Shown: positions 6,954 to 16,852 of the stretch, piece by piece
Position numbering within the stretch: position 1 is the first letter of the stretch
Layout of the letters: each line of letters opens with the position of its first letter
NCBI GenBank assembly: GCA_029940715.1
Contig: JAPYTU010000002.1
Span: forward strand, 1 to 41,173
Length of the DNA stretch: 41,173 bases
Direction: 5' to 3'
From: Cytophagales bacterium
GTDB taxonomy: Bacteria; Bacteroidota; Bacteroidia; Cytophagales; MED-G16
Program-made: the position numbers and the translations under genes
Notes under the pieces: generated by a model
Databases searched by the model: none
The model's input: the letters and a program-made list of their open reading frames with translations, nothing else
Told to the model about the DNA's origin: nothing

Positions 6954-7908
6954 AAAATGATTTTTGATTTCCTAAAGATGAAGAATTTGTTTTCTTTGAC
7001 TCATCATTCTCTTTAGAATCCCTACTATTTTCATTTTTTTTCTCTTCAACTTCACCTTCATCCTGTATATTATCTTTCAATTCATCATTCAAGTCAACTT
7101 TTTCAACTAATTCTTCTAAAACTTCTTCTTCAGTATCTATATCTACTTCCTCATTAATATTTTCTTCTTTATCATCAATTTCTGCATCTTCTTCCTCAAT
7201 AATAACATTCAATCCATCGCTTTCATTAAACTCTCGAATATTCTCATCCTCTTTAACCTCAATATCTAATTCTACATTATTTGGCAAATTCTCCTCGGAA
7301 TTAATTTCATCAGAATCATTATTTTCAGAATTTAATAAACCATTAGTAAAATTTTCTAAATCATCTATTTTATTATCATAATTAAATTTAGAATCATTAT
7401 TAAATTTGTTTAATGCATCATTAGTTAAATTTGATAAACTTTTTAACTCATTAATAAATTTATTTTTTAAAGCTGTTAAAGATTCAAATTCTTTTTTAAT
7501 TTTTAAGACTTCTTCTTTAGAATCACTTATTATTTGTTTTGTTTCTAATTCTGCTTTATGTAAAACTGACTCTGCCTTTAAATTTGCATTATTAATTGTC
7601 TTCTCACATTCCAATTCTGAATTCTTTAAAATCAAATCGGCATCCTTTTTAGCTTGATCATTTATTTTAAGACTTGCATCTTCTGCTGTTTTTAGAGTTG
7701 AAATTAAAGAACTTTCTACATTTTGAAATTTATCAGATTCATTTTTATAATCAGAAATTTTTTCTTTTAAATGAATTATATCGTTCTCTAAAATCTCAAA
7801 TTCCTTTGATAATATAAGCAAGAAATTATTTACTTCATTTTTATTATAACCCCTAAAAACAGAATTAAATTTTTTATTAGAAATATCTCCAGAATTTATA
7901 TTTTCCAT
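6931..7908 (-). CDS. DivIVA domain-containing coiled-coil protein with a long acidic C-terminal tail
   Basis: DISNKKFNSVFRGYNKNEVNNFL matches the DivIVA N-terminal domain and is followed by heptad-like K/E/L-rich sequence. The start is set at the ATG at 7908 (MENINSGD) rather than the ORF-track 7935. Confidence 0.8.
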   Translation of the reverse strand: MENINSGDISNKKFNSVFRGYNKNEVNNFLLILSKEFEILENDIIHLKEKISDYKNESDKFQNVESSLISTLKTAEDASLKINDQAKKDADLILKNSELECEKTINNANLKAESVLHKAELETKQIISDSKEEVLKIKKEFESLTALKNKFINELKSLSNLTNDALNKFNNDSKFNYDNKIDDLENFTNGLLNSENNDSDEINSEENLPNNVELDIEVKEDENIREFNESDGLNVIIEEEDAEIDDKEENINEEVDIDTEEEVLEELVEKVDLNDELKDNIQDEGEVEEKKNENSRDSKENDESKKTNSSSLGNQKSFFDTFDEN

Positions 7909-7965
7909 AATATTATTAATATAAAAAAAAATCACACAATTATTTAATAATTTTATATTAATTCA

Positions 7966-8559
7966 ATGGGAATCATAAAAACAATTTATCCAAATAAAAA
8001 TTCTATAGTTATTATATGGAAAATAAATGAGTCATTATCTGCATTACAAAACATGACAAAAGAAAAATCAAAAATTAAAAATCTTAATAAACAAAAAGAA
8101 TTTTATGCCTCTCGAATATTAATTGAAAATTTATGTAAATCATTTAATATTAGATATTATGGTATAATAAAAAACGATTCTGGAAAACCGTACCTCAAAA
8201 ATAGAACTGAAAATATTTCTATATCACACTCATTTCCTTATGTAGCAGGAATACTAAATGAAGAAAAAAAATGTGGTATTGATATAGAAAAAATTCAAAA
8301 AAAAATTTTAAAAATTAATCATAAATTTTTAAGCAAATCAGAATTAAATAAAGTAAAAAAAAATACTAAAAAAAATACAATCTATTGGACTGCAAAAGAA
8401 TCATTATATAAACTTAAAGGTGAATTTCTAAGCTTTAAAAATGATATAAAAATTATAGAATTAAAAAATTCATTTAATATTTATGGAAAAATATTATCAA
8501 AAAAAATCCTATTAAATGTTGAAGAAATTGATGGTTATATTATTACCTATACTAATTGA
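7966..8559 (+). CDS. 4'-phosphopantetheinyl transferase superfamily protein
   Basis: ISISHS, GIDIEKI and WTAKESLYK are conserved PPTase motifs. Length is 197 aa. Confidence 0.8.
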   Translation: MGIIKTIYPNKNSIVIIWKINESLSALQNMTKEKSKIKNLNKQKEFYASRILIENLCKSFNIRYYGIIKNDSGKPYLKNRTENISISHSFPYVAGILNEEKKCGIDIEKIQKKILKINHKFLSKSELNKVKKNTKKNTIYWTAKESLYKLKGEFLSFKNDIKIIELKNSFNIYGKILSKKILLNVEEIDGYIITYTN

Positions 8560-9502
8560 TTTTCTTTTGTTTTTTTAAATCTCTTTCGATTTTCTTTCTA
8601 CTCTTACCTAATGGAGCAAAAAAATGTTTTGGATTTTCATTAATATGAAAAAGTAATTTATCAAGATCAAATGCAGTTTTATTAAGATTATTATATAAAG
8701 AATCATCAGCCAATAACTTTGATAAAGTACCTTTTCCAGAATCTATATCATCAAAAACATCATTAATTGAAGTTATCAAGATATCAATTTGATCAAATGT
8801 ATTTTCAAAATCTACACTATTTAATTTATTAACGATTGTTTGAGCGCCATCTAATAATGGATCTATTTTTTCAATTTTTTCAGATAAATCTTTAGACAAA
8901 TCATTGAGATTATTTAGAGTATTAGTTATCGTACTTTTATTAGATTCTATTAATTCATTGGAATTTGTTAAAACATCATTCAAGTTTTCTAAAGTATTTG
9001 AAATCATATCTCCACTTCCTTTAAGACTAAAAAGTAAATCATTTAATCTACTTATAGTTATACTTATATTATCTGTTATTGGAGTAGCTTTTTCTAAAAG
9101 TTCAGAAAGTCCTCTATCAACTTCTGCAATTATTGTGTCTCCTTCATTTAGAGGGTTTAATACATCATGAATAGATAAAATTATAGCTTTACTTCCTAAA
9201 AAATCATTGCTACTTAAAGTGGCAACACTAGATTTATAAATAATCAAATCTTCATCAATATCCATAGTAACTAATATCTTATTATTTTGACTTTGAAGTA
9301 TTTTTATATTACTAACTCTTCCGACTGAATATCCATTTACAATTACTGGATTAGCTACAACTAAACCATCAACATTATTATATACAGCATAATATTGCTT
9401 TACAGGAGAAAAAAAATCAATTCCTTTTAAAAAATTTGATCCTAAATAAAATAATACAAGACCAACAAGGCCAATTATTCCAACTTTAATTTCTTTATTC
9501 AT
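8552..9502 (-). CDS. MlaD/MCE family protein
   Basis: There is a single N-terminal TM helix, then the MlaD-like core (VDGLVVANPVIVNGYSVGRV) and a long helical C-terminal region. Confidence 0.8.
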   Translation of the reverse strand: MNKEIKVGIIGLVGLVLFYLGSNFLKGIDFFSPVKQYYAVYNNVDGLVVANPVIVNGYSVGRVSNIKILQSQNNKILVTMDIDEDLIIYKSSVATLSSNDFLGSKAIILSIHDVLNPLNEGDTIIAEVDRGLSELLEKATPITDNISITISRLNDLLFSLKGSGDMISNTLENLNDVLTNSNELIESNKSTITNTLNNLNDLSKDLSEKIEKIDPLLDGAQTIVNKLNSVDFENTFDQIDILITSINDVFDDIDSGKGTLSKLLADDSLYNNLNKTAFDLDKLLFHINENPKHFFAPLGKSRKKIERDLKKQKKIN

Positions 9503-9515
9503 AGAACAAATCTAA

Positions 9516-10295
9516 TTAATTTGACTCTAAATAGTTCTTATAGTCCCTGATTGCTCTAAATATAGCTGATGCAATATACACTTGATGGGTTTTGTTATTC
9601 AACTTCTTTTCTTCCTCTAAATTAGTTATATAACCCGTTTCAATTAATATGCTTGGCATAGTAGTATTCCATAATACTTGAAAGACATCTTGCTTAACAC
9701 CTCTTGACCTAATTCCTACTCTTTTTGAAAACTGATCCTCAATTAAATTTGCTAAAATTGTACTGTTATCAATCTTTGCTTTTTGAGTTAAACTCAACAA
9801 CATAACAGATTCTGATGAGTTTGGATTAAAATCTTTATATGTTTCTTTAAAATTTTCTTCAAGAAAAATTGAAGAATTTTCTCTTTTTGCAACATTAAAG
9901 TTTGCATTAGATTTACTTAAACCCATAAGAAAAGTTGTAGAACCATTTACAGAAGTATCTGAAAATGAATCACAATGAATTGAAATAAATAAATCCGCAT
10001 CATTTTTATTTGCTATTTCAGCTCTTTTATATAGAGAAGGAAAGCTATCATCATTTCTAGTATATATTATTTTTATACCGGGTAAATTTTCTTTAATTAT
10101 TCTACCTAATTCTAAAGAAATAGGTAAAGTTATATTTTTTTCATATGATTTTTTTCCTATTGAACCAGGGTCTTTTCCACCATGCCCAGGATCAATAACT
10201 ATAGTTTTTAACTTATACTGTGAATAGCAATTAGAGTTAAAAGAAGTTAAAAAGAGTGTAAAAACTAATAAAATGAATGTATTAAAATATCTCAT
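9516..10295 (-). CDS. N-acetylmuramoyl-L-alanine amidase (Amidase_3 family)
   Basis: There is a signal peptide followed by IVIDPGHGGKDPG and LFISIHCDS, the zinc-ligand regions of AmiA/B/C-type amidases. Confidence 0.9.
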   Translation of the reverse strand: MRYFNTFILLVFTLFLTSFNSNCYSQYKLKTIVIDPGHGGKDPGSIGKKSYEKNITLPISLELGRIIKENLPGIKIIYTRNDDSFPSLYKRAEIANKNDADLFISIHCDSFSDTSVNGSTTFLMGLSKSNANFNVAKRENSSIFLEENFKETYKDFNPNSSESVMLLSLTQKAKIDNSTILANLIEDQFSKRVGIRSRGVKQDVFQVLWNTTMPSILIETGYITNLEEEKKLNNKTHQVYIASAIFRAIRDYKNYLESN

Positions 10296-10321
10296 TTTTT
10301 AATAATTAACATTATTGAAGA

Positions 10322-10329
10322 TAAATTTG
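10322..10329 (+). promoter_or_regulatory. Candidate -7 box (TAAATTTG) for the LptD-like gene
   Basis: This matches TAnnTTTG 44 nt upstream of the TTG start at 10374. No clean -33 TTTG is present. Confidence 0.4.
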
Positions 10330-10373
10330 CATTAGATTTTAAAATTATTAAAAAAAATAATAAATTAATAAAA

Positions 10374-13004
10374 TTGAAATATATCATTACATATTTTCTT
10401 TTTTTATTTCCAATCTTAACATTTGGTCAAACTAAGAATAATTCCACAACCATTATTAATGAATCTGATACAATTTCAAAACAATTAGATTCACTAAAAT
10501 CCGATAGTGAAATCGAAACTACTATCAATTATAATGCTAAAGACTCAATTTATTATGATTTAAAGACCCAAATAATAAAATTATATGGCAATTCTAGTAT
10601 TGATTATGGCAATATCAATTTAAAAGCTCATAAAATTATGATTGATTGGAATAAGCAAACTCTCGATGCTAACTTCATGAGAGATTCAACTGGTTTAAAA
10701 ATAGGAAAACCCATTTTTACAGAAAATAACCAATCTTATGAAACAGATAAAATAACATACAATTTTAATTCTAAAAAAGCGATAATATCAGGTATAGTTA
10801 CTCAACTTGACGATGCCTATATGCAAGGTAAAAAAGTTAAAAAAAATGAATTAGATGAATTATATATTCATGATGCAAAATATACTACTTGTAACTTAGC
10901 AGATCCACATTTTCACATTGCAACAAAAAAATTAAAAGTTATTCCTGGAAAAAAAGTTATATCCGGACCATTTCATTTAAAATTTGGAAATGTGCCAACT
11001 CCATTAGGATTTATATTTGGTATGTTTCCACAACCAAAAGAAACAGTTTCTGGAATCATAATGCCTAGCTACGGAGAAGAAAAAAGAAGAGGCTTTTACC
11101 TTAGAGAAGGAGGTTATTATTTTGCAGTAAGTGATTATTTTGATTTAAGATTAACTGGAGATATTTTTTCAAAAGGAAGTTATGGTACTACGATTGCAAC
11201 AAATTACAAAAAAAGATATGCATATAATGGAAGTCTTAAATTTAATTATAATAAATCAAAAACTGGTGAAATAGAAAGTCCTTTTGAATCAAATGATTTT
11301 TCATTTTCTTGGACACATACTCCCAGTTCAAAAGGTAGATCAAGTAGATTTTCATCTTCTGTAAACTTTCAAACAAACTCATACAATCAAAATAAAAATT
11401 TAGTACAATCGAATTTCAATCAAAGTATAAATGCTCAATTCAATTCTAGCATCTCATACTCTAAAACATTTAAGGGATCCCCATTTAACATCTCCACAAA
11501 CTTGAGACACTCTCAAAATGTTCAAAATAAAAAGGTTAATTTAACTCTACCAGACCTAAGCTATAATATGAGCAGAATTTATCCCTTTAAAAATATGGGG
11601 AAATTGGGAAAAACAGCTCTTGGAAAAATTAGCATAAGCCATAGATTTACTGGTAAAATTGAGTTAACTAACGGTTCTTCTTCTAGTTCTTTAAACTCAA
11701 TCAATGTTATAAACTCATCAGACTCATTTAACAAACAAGTAGATTTTAATATGCAAAATATTAATACAATAATTGATAGATCAAAAATTGGAGGAAAACA
11801 TACAATACCGATTTCTACATCTTTTAATATTTTAAAATTTTTTACTGTTAGCCCAAGTATTAATTATAATGAAATATGGTACCTTAAAAAATTAAATTAT
11901 ACATATAATGAGGTTGAAAATGGTATAGAAATTGATACTACAAACAGTTTTTCAAGAGCATGGTCTTATAACACTGCACTATCTTTGTCCACAAGAATAT
12001 ATGGTACTGTTTTCTTTAAAAAAGGAAAAATTAAAGCTATAAGACATGTAATAACCCCTGAGATATCTCTGACTTACAGTCCAGATTTTACTCAAAAAAA
12101 ATATGGATATTATGAAAATATTCAAATAAATAATGAAGGAGAAACAAGACTTCTTAGCAAATATGAAAATTTTCTATATGGTAGTCCTAGAATTGGAAGT
12201 TCAGCATCTATAAATTTTTATATAGGAAATAATTTAGAAATGAAAGTTATAGATGAAAACGATACAATTTCAGGAACAAAAAAGATTAAAATCTTTGAAA
12301 ATTTATCCTTTTCAGGAAATTATAATTTTTTAGCTGATTCTTTTCAACTAAGTCCTATTAGGTTTAATACAAGAACTTCATTTTTTAAAAGATTAATCAA
12401 TGTAAGTCTAAGTGGAACTATAGATCCTTATGCTTATAAGCTTGATAGTATCAGTGAAACAAATCAAATATATCAGAGAAGGATTAATAAACTGGCAATA
12501 AAGAATAATCAAGGTTTAGGTTCATTAGCATTTATTAATATGGCACTTGGTATGAGATTTTCTGCTAAAGACTTTCAATCTCCTGAAGAAGAGGATGAAA
12601 AAGAATCTAGATTTGGCACTAGACGAGAAATTAATTACATAAATTCTAATATAGCTGAATACGTAGATTTTAATGTTCCTTGGTCAATAAATGCGAGTTA
12701 TAACCTTAATAGAAGAAAAACAGGTTATAATAATCCAATAATAACTCAAACAATTACCATGTCAGGTGATATAAGCATATCAGAAAAAACAAAAATATCA
12801 ATGAGATCAGGATATGATTTTAAAAATAAAATGTTAACACAAACCAGTATTAATGCAACAAGAGACCTTCATTGTTGGAGAATACGTTTTAATTGGGTTC
12901 CCTTTGGTAGATTTCAATCTTATAATTTAAGTATCAGTGCAGTATCAGCTCTTCTACAAGACTTGAAATTAGAAAAAAGAAGTAGGTTCTTTGATAATCT
13001 CTAA
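10374..13004 (+). CDS. Outer-membrane LPS-assembly protein LptD/OstA-like
   Basis: This 876-aa protein uses a TTG start, supported by the signal peptide KYIITYFLFLFPILTFGQ. It has an OstA-like N-terminal region and a beta-rich C-terminal body. Divergent placement from the amidase gene is common in Bacteroidota. Confidence 0.65.
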   Translation: MKYIITYFLFLFPILTFGQTKNNSTTIINESDTISKQLDSLKSDSEIETTINYNAKDSIYYDLKTQIIKLYGNSSIDYGNINLKAHKIMIDWNKQTLDANFMRDSTGLKIGKPIFTENNQSYETDKITYNFNSKKAIISGIVTQLDDAYMQGKKVKKNELDELYIHDAKYTTCNLADPHFHIATKKLKVIPGKKVISGPFHLKFGNVPTPLGFIFGMFPQPKETVSGIIMPSYGEEKRRGFYLREGGYYFAVSDYFDLRLTGDIFSKGSYGTTIATNYKKRYAYNGSLKFNYNKSKTGEIESPFESNDFSFSWTHTPSSKGRSSRFSSSVNFQTNSYNQNKNLVQSNFNQSINAQFNSSISYSKTFKGSPFNISTNLRHSQNVQNKKVNLTLPDLSYNMSRIYPFKNMGKLGKTALGKISISHRFTGKIELTNGSSSSSLNSINVINSSDSFNKQVDFNMQNINTIIDRSKIGGKHTIPISTSFNILKFFTVSPSINYNEIWYLKKLNYTYNEVENGIEIDTTNSFSRAWSYNTALSLSTRIYGTVFFKKGKIKAIRHVITPEISLTYSPDFTQKKYGYYENIQINNEGETRLLSKYENFLYGSPRIGSSASINFYIGNNLEMKVIDENDTISGTKKIKIFENLSFSGNYNFLADSFQLSPIRFNTRTSFFKRLINVSLSGTIDPYAYKLDSISETNQIYQRRINKLAIKNNQGLGSLAFINMALGMRFSAKDFQSPEEEDEKESRFGTRREINYINSNIAEYVDFNVPWSINASYNLNRRKTGYNNPIITQTITMSGDISISEKTKISMRSGYDFKNKMLTQTSINATRDLHCWRIRFNWVPFGRFQSYNLSISAVSALLQDLKLEKRSRFFDNL

Positions 13005-14521
13005 TTATTTTCTGGTTTCATTTGAGGAAAAAATAAAACGTCCTGAATTGAATCAGAATTAGTTAATATCATAGTTAATCTATCTATACCAATTCCTATT
13101 CCGGCTGTAGGAGGCATCCCATATTCTAATGCAGTAAGGTAATCTTCATCTAATACCATTGCCTCATCATCTCCTAAATTACCTAGTTTTACTTGATATT
13201 CAAATCTTTTTCTTTGATCAAGTGGATCATTTAATTCAGAAAAAGCATTACAAATTTCTTTACCGTTACAGATTAATTCAAATCTTTCGACTAAACCTTC
13301 TTCAGAACGATGTTTTTTTGCTAAAGGTGACATCTCTATAGGATAATCAGTTATAAAAGTAGGTTGAATTAAATTAGGTTCACATTTTACACCAAATATT
13401 TCATCAATAATTTTACCCTTTCCCATACTTTTATCAACTTTAATTGTAAATTTTTTACAAACTTTAATTAATTCTTTCACATCCATTGTTGATACATCAA
13501 TTCCTGTAAATTTCTTAATCACACCATACATAGTATATCTCTTCCATGGTGTCTTAAAATTTATTTTATTTCCAGAACATATAATTGTAGAACTATCATT
13601 TATTTTTAAAATAATTCTATTAAACATACCTTCAACAAAATCCATCATCCACAAATAATCTTTATAGGCAACATAAAACTCGCATTGAGTAAATTCAGGA
13701 TTATGAAATCTAGACATTCCCTCATTTCTAAAATCTTTTCCAAATTCAAAAACACCATCAAAACCTCCGACAATAAGTCTTTTTAAATATAATTCATTAG
13801 CTATTCTCAAAAAAAGAGGTATATCCAAACTATTATGATATGTTTTAAATGGTCTAGCAGATGCGCCACCATAGATAGGTTGTAAAATTGGAGTTTCAAC
13901 TTCTAAATAATTATTCTCATTTAAAATATTTCTTATTTCATTAATTATTTTAGACCTTTTAATAAAAATATCTTTTGATTCAGGATTTACTATTAAATCC
14001 ACATATCTTCTTCGATACCTTAACTCTTTATTACTAAATGCATCATAAGTTGTTTTATCACCTTTATCATCAGTAACTTCTTTTACTACAGGTAAGGGCC
14101 TAATTGATTTAGACAATATTTTTAAATCGGTAACATGAATAGTTATTTCTCCCATCTTTGTAAGAAAAACATACCCTTCAATACCTATTATGTCTCCAAG
14201 ATCTAACTTCTTTTTAAATAATGTATTATATAAAGTTTTATCCTCAGAAGGACATATATCATCTCTTCGAACATAAATCTGAATTCTACCCTTAGAATCT
14301 TGAATCTCTGCAAATGAAGCAGATCCCATTATTCTCCTTGACATCAATCTACCAGCAATTGTAACCTCATTAAAATTTGATTTTTTTTCATCAAAATTAT
14401 TTTTAATTTCTTCTGATGATGAATTAATAACAAATATTTCTGAAGGGTATGGGTTTAAACCTAATTGAATAATATCTTCTAGAGATTGCCTTCTTTGATG
14501 TTCTTGTTCACTTATGCTCAT
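13001..14521 (-). CDS. lysS: Lysine--tRNA ligase, class II
   Basis: The protein has an OB anticodon-binding N-terminus and class II motifs (FRNEG, GIGIGIDRL). Length is 506 aa. Confidence 0.93.
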   Translation of the reverse strand: MSISEQEHQRRQSLEDIIQLGLNPYPSEIFVINSSSEEIKNNFDEKKSNFNEVTIAGRLMSRRIMGSASFAEIQDSKGRIQIYVRRDDICPSEDKTLYNTLFKKKLDLGDIIGIEGYVFLTKMGEITIHVTDLKILSKSIRPLPVVKEVTDDKGDKTTYDAFSNKELRYRRRYVDLIVNPESKDIFIKRSKIINEIRNILNENNYLEVETPILQPIYGGASARPFKTYHNSLDIPLFLRIANELYLKRLIVGGFDGVFEFGKDFRNEGMSRFHNPEFTQCEFYVAYKDYLWMMDFVEGMFNRIILKINDSSTIICSGNKINFKTPWKRYTMYGVIKKFTGIDVSTMDVKELIKVCKKFTIKVDKSMGKGKIIDEIFGVKCEPNLIQPTFITDYPIEMSPLAKKHRSEEGLVERFELICNGKEICNAFSELNDPLDQRKRFEYQVKLGNLGDDEAMVLDEDYLTALEYGMPPTAGIGIGIDRLTMILTNSDSIQDVLFFPQMKPENN

Positions 14522-14525
14522 GGTA

Positions 14526-15701
14526 TTAATTTAAATCTTTTCTTCTATTTATTTCATTTTTTATCAAAGTATATTGCCTGTTACTTTGACCTTTCACAGA
14601 ACTATTCTCATTAGCTCTACGAATCAAATATGGTATAGTTTTCTCAATAGGACCAAATGGAATTAATTTAATTACATTATAACCCAAATTGGCTAATGTA
14701 AAAGAAATATTATCACTCATTCCATAAAGCTGAGAAAACCAAACTCTTTCATCATTTTTAGAAAGTTTTTTACTATTTAAAAGTTCGATTAATTTAATAC
14801 AAGATTTTTCATTATGACTACCTATCCAAAGAGATATATAATCTATTTTGTTAATACAATATTCAACAGAATTATCAAATTCATTGTCAGTCTCTTTTTT
14901 AGAAACATGAATAGGGCTAGAATAATTAAATTCCTTAGCTCTCGATCTTTCTTTTTCCATATATGCTCCTCTGACTAATTTCACTCCAAACTTATAATTA
15001 TTGCTAAGAGAAATTTTATAATTCTCTTCTATATTTTTAAGAGTATCAATTTTATAACATTGATAGGTTAAAAATATATTAACAGTTTTTATATTATATT
15101 TTTTCATCAAATTAAAAGCCGTATCATCAATAGCTTTTTGAATCCAACTTTCTTCTGCATCAATTAAAATCTTAACATTATTATTTATTGCACATTCACA
15201 CAATTCATTAACCCTGTGATAAAAATTTTTATATTCAAGGCTACTATAAGTCATTTCTCCATTAGAAACCTTTTCTAATGTTTCCAATGATACTAGCCCA
15301 CTACACTTAATTGCTATAAAAGGAAGTTTTAATTGTCCTAAATAATTAATAATTTCAATTGAATCATTTTTATAATTTTCAAATCCTTTAATAGTAGATT
15401 CGCCTTCAACAGAATACTCAGGCATTGCGAAAATATTATACTTCGAAAGTATTTGAAATGTTTTTTTACATTCATCTAATGTTTCTCCACCGCAAAAGTG
15501 ATTAAATATAGTTTTTTTAATCACTTTCTTTAAAGGCAAATGCATTTTTAAAACCAGCATTAAAAAAAAATTTCCTAATTTCGTCAAAAATGAATAATCC
15601 AAAATAGAAAAAAGAAAATAAGCTTTTTTTAGCTCAACATCACTTTTATTAGAAAAGGCCAATTTTGTATTATTAAATAAGTTTTTGTTAGTTTTACTCA
15701 C
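14526..15701 (-). CDS. Proline dehydrogenase family protein
   Basis: LVRGAYMEKER and the overall 391-aa layout match monofunctional PutA-like proline dehydrogenases. The start codon is GTG. Confidence 0.8.
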   Translation of the reverse strand: MSKTNKNLFNNTKLAFSNKSDVELKKAYFLFSILDYSFLTKLGNFFLMLVLKMHLPLKKVIKKTIFNHFCGGETLDECKKTFQILSKYNIFAMPEYSVEGESTIKGFENYKNDSIEIINYLGQLKLPFIAIKCSGLVSLETLEKVSNGEMTYSSLEYKNFYHRVNELCECAINNNVKILIDAEESWIQKAIDDTAFNLMKKYNIKTVNIFLTYQCYKIDTLKNIEENYKISLSNNYKFGVKLVRGAYMEKERSRAKEFNYSSPIHVSKKETDNEFDNSVEYCINKIDYISLWIGSHNEKSCIKLIELLNSKKLSKNDERVWFSQLYGMSDNISFTLANLGYNVIKLIPFGPIEKTIPYLIRRANENSSVKGQSNRQYTLIKNEINRRKDLN

Positions 15702-15745
15702 TATTGTTTATTCCTTCAGTAGATTTTAGTAAAAATATAATAGAA

Positions 15746-16852
15746 ATGTCCAAAAACTTAAACATTGAGCCGATTAATAACTGGATGAAGATTGAAAAAA
15801 ATCCATTAGTTATCTCTGGGCCTTGTAGCGCAGAAACTTATGATCAATTATTTGAAACATGTAAACAATTAAAATCTTATGGAATTAATCTTATGAGAGC
15901 TGGAGTTTGGAAACCTAGAACTCGACCAGGAAGTTTTGAAGGGAATGGAGAAGAAGCATTAAAATGGATTTCTGAAATTAAAAAAGAGCTTGATATAAAA
16001 TTTACAGTTGAAGTTGCAAACACAAATCATATAGAACTTTCTCTTAAATATGATATAGATATATTATGGATTGGTGCAAGAACTACTGTTAATCCTTTCT
16101 CTGTACAAGAGATTGCTGATGCAATTAAAGGTACAAATACACCAATTTTTATAAAAAATCCTATAAATCCTGATCTTTCACTATGGATGGGGGCTATAGA
16201 AAGAATAAATAAAGTTGGAATTAATAAAATAGGAGCCATCCATAGAGGATTTTCAACTATGGGTAGTTCTAGATACAGATATGCTCCTCTTTGGAATATA
16301 GCAATTGATTTAAAAAGTAATATTCCAGAATTACCTATAATATGTGACCCTTCTCATATATGTGGAAACAGAGAAATGATCCTAGAAACCTCTCAAAAGG
16401 CATTAGATCTTGGTTATGATGGACTAATAATTGAATCCCATATTGATCCTGATAATGCATGGAGTGATGCAAAACAGCAAGTAACTCCAAAAGTTTTATC
16501 TAGTATGATCAAAAAACTAAAAACAAAAAATAAGAATGAGAAAAACAATACATATAAACATCTTTTAAATGAATTAAGAGATCATATTGATGATGTCGAT
16601 AAAGAAATTATTGATGTATTAGCTAAAAGAATTGATTTGGTTGAAAAAATCGGTGAATTTAAAAAAGAACAAGAACTAACTTCATTTCAAGTTAAGAGAT
16701 GGAATGAAATAACCAAATCAAGAATTAATTGGGCAAAAGATAAAAATTTAGATGAAAACTTCATCAAAAATTTATATAAATTAATTCATTTAGCTTCTAT
16801 TGATGCTCAAAATAAAGTAATACATAAGAAGAAGAATAAAATTAAGATATGA
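15746..16852 (+). CDS. Bifunctional 3-deoxy-7-phosphoheptulonate synthase / chorismate mutase type II
   Basis: PLVISGPCSAE and the KDO8P/DAHP-synthase-like barrel are followed by a C-terminal chorismate mutase helix bundle (LRDHIDDVDKEIIDVLAKRIDLVEKIG). I prefer the ATG at 15746 to the ORF-track TTG at 15704, based on the expected N-terminal length. Confidence 0.85.
   Translation: MSKNLNIEPINNWMKIEKNPLVISGPCSAETYDQLFETCKQLKSYGINLMRAGVWKPRTRPGSFEGNGEEALKWISEIKKELDIKFTVEVANTNHIELSLKYDIDILWIGARTTVNPFSVQEIADAIKGTNTPIFIKNPINPDLSLWMGAIERINKVGINKIGAIHRGFSTMGSSRYRYAPLWNIAIDLKSNIPELPIICDPSHICGNREMILETSQKALDLGYDGLIIESHIDPDNAWSDAKQQVTPKVLSSMIKKLKTKNKNEKNNTYKHLLNELRDHIDDVDKEIIDVLAKRIDLVEKIGEFKKEQELTSFQVKRWNEITKSRINWAKDKNLDENFIKNLYKLIHLASIDAQNKVIHKKKNKIKI

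Noticed and set aside
6960-7330. Possible tandem DNA repeat or contingency locus in the GAA/GAT-rich 3' third of the DivIVA gene.
   Set aside because: The region is compositionally biased because it uses acidic codons. I could not find an exact repeating unit or a long homopolymer that would act as a slippage tract.
15704-15745. Upstream TTG starts offered by the ORF track for the DAHP synthase gene (15704), aroA (17880) and dtd (6188), and the ATG at 7935 for the DivIVA protein.
   Set aside because: In each case a nearby downstream ATG gives the N-terminus expected from the protein family and a typical overlap junction (TAATG or TGATG). The extended starts add non-conserved residues.
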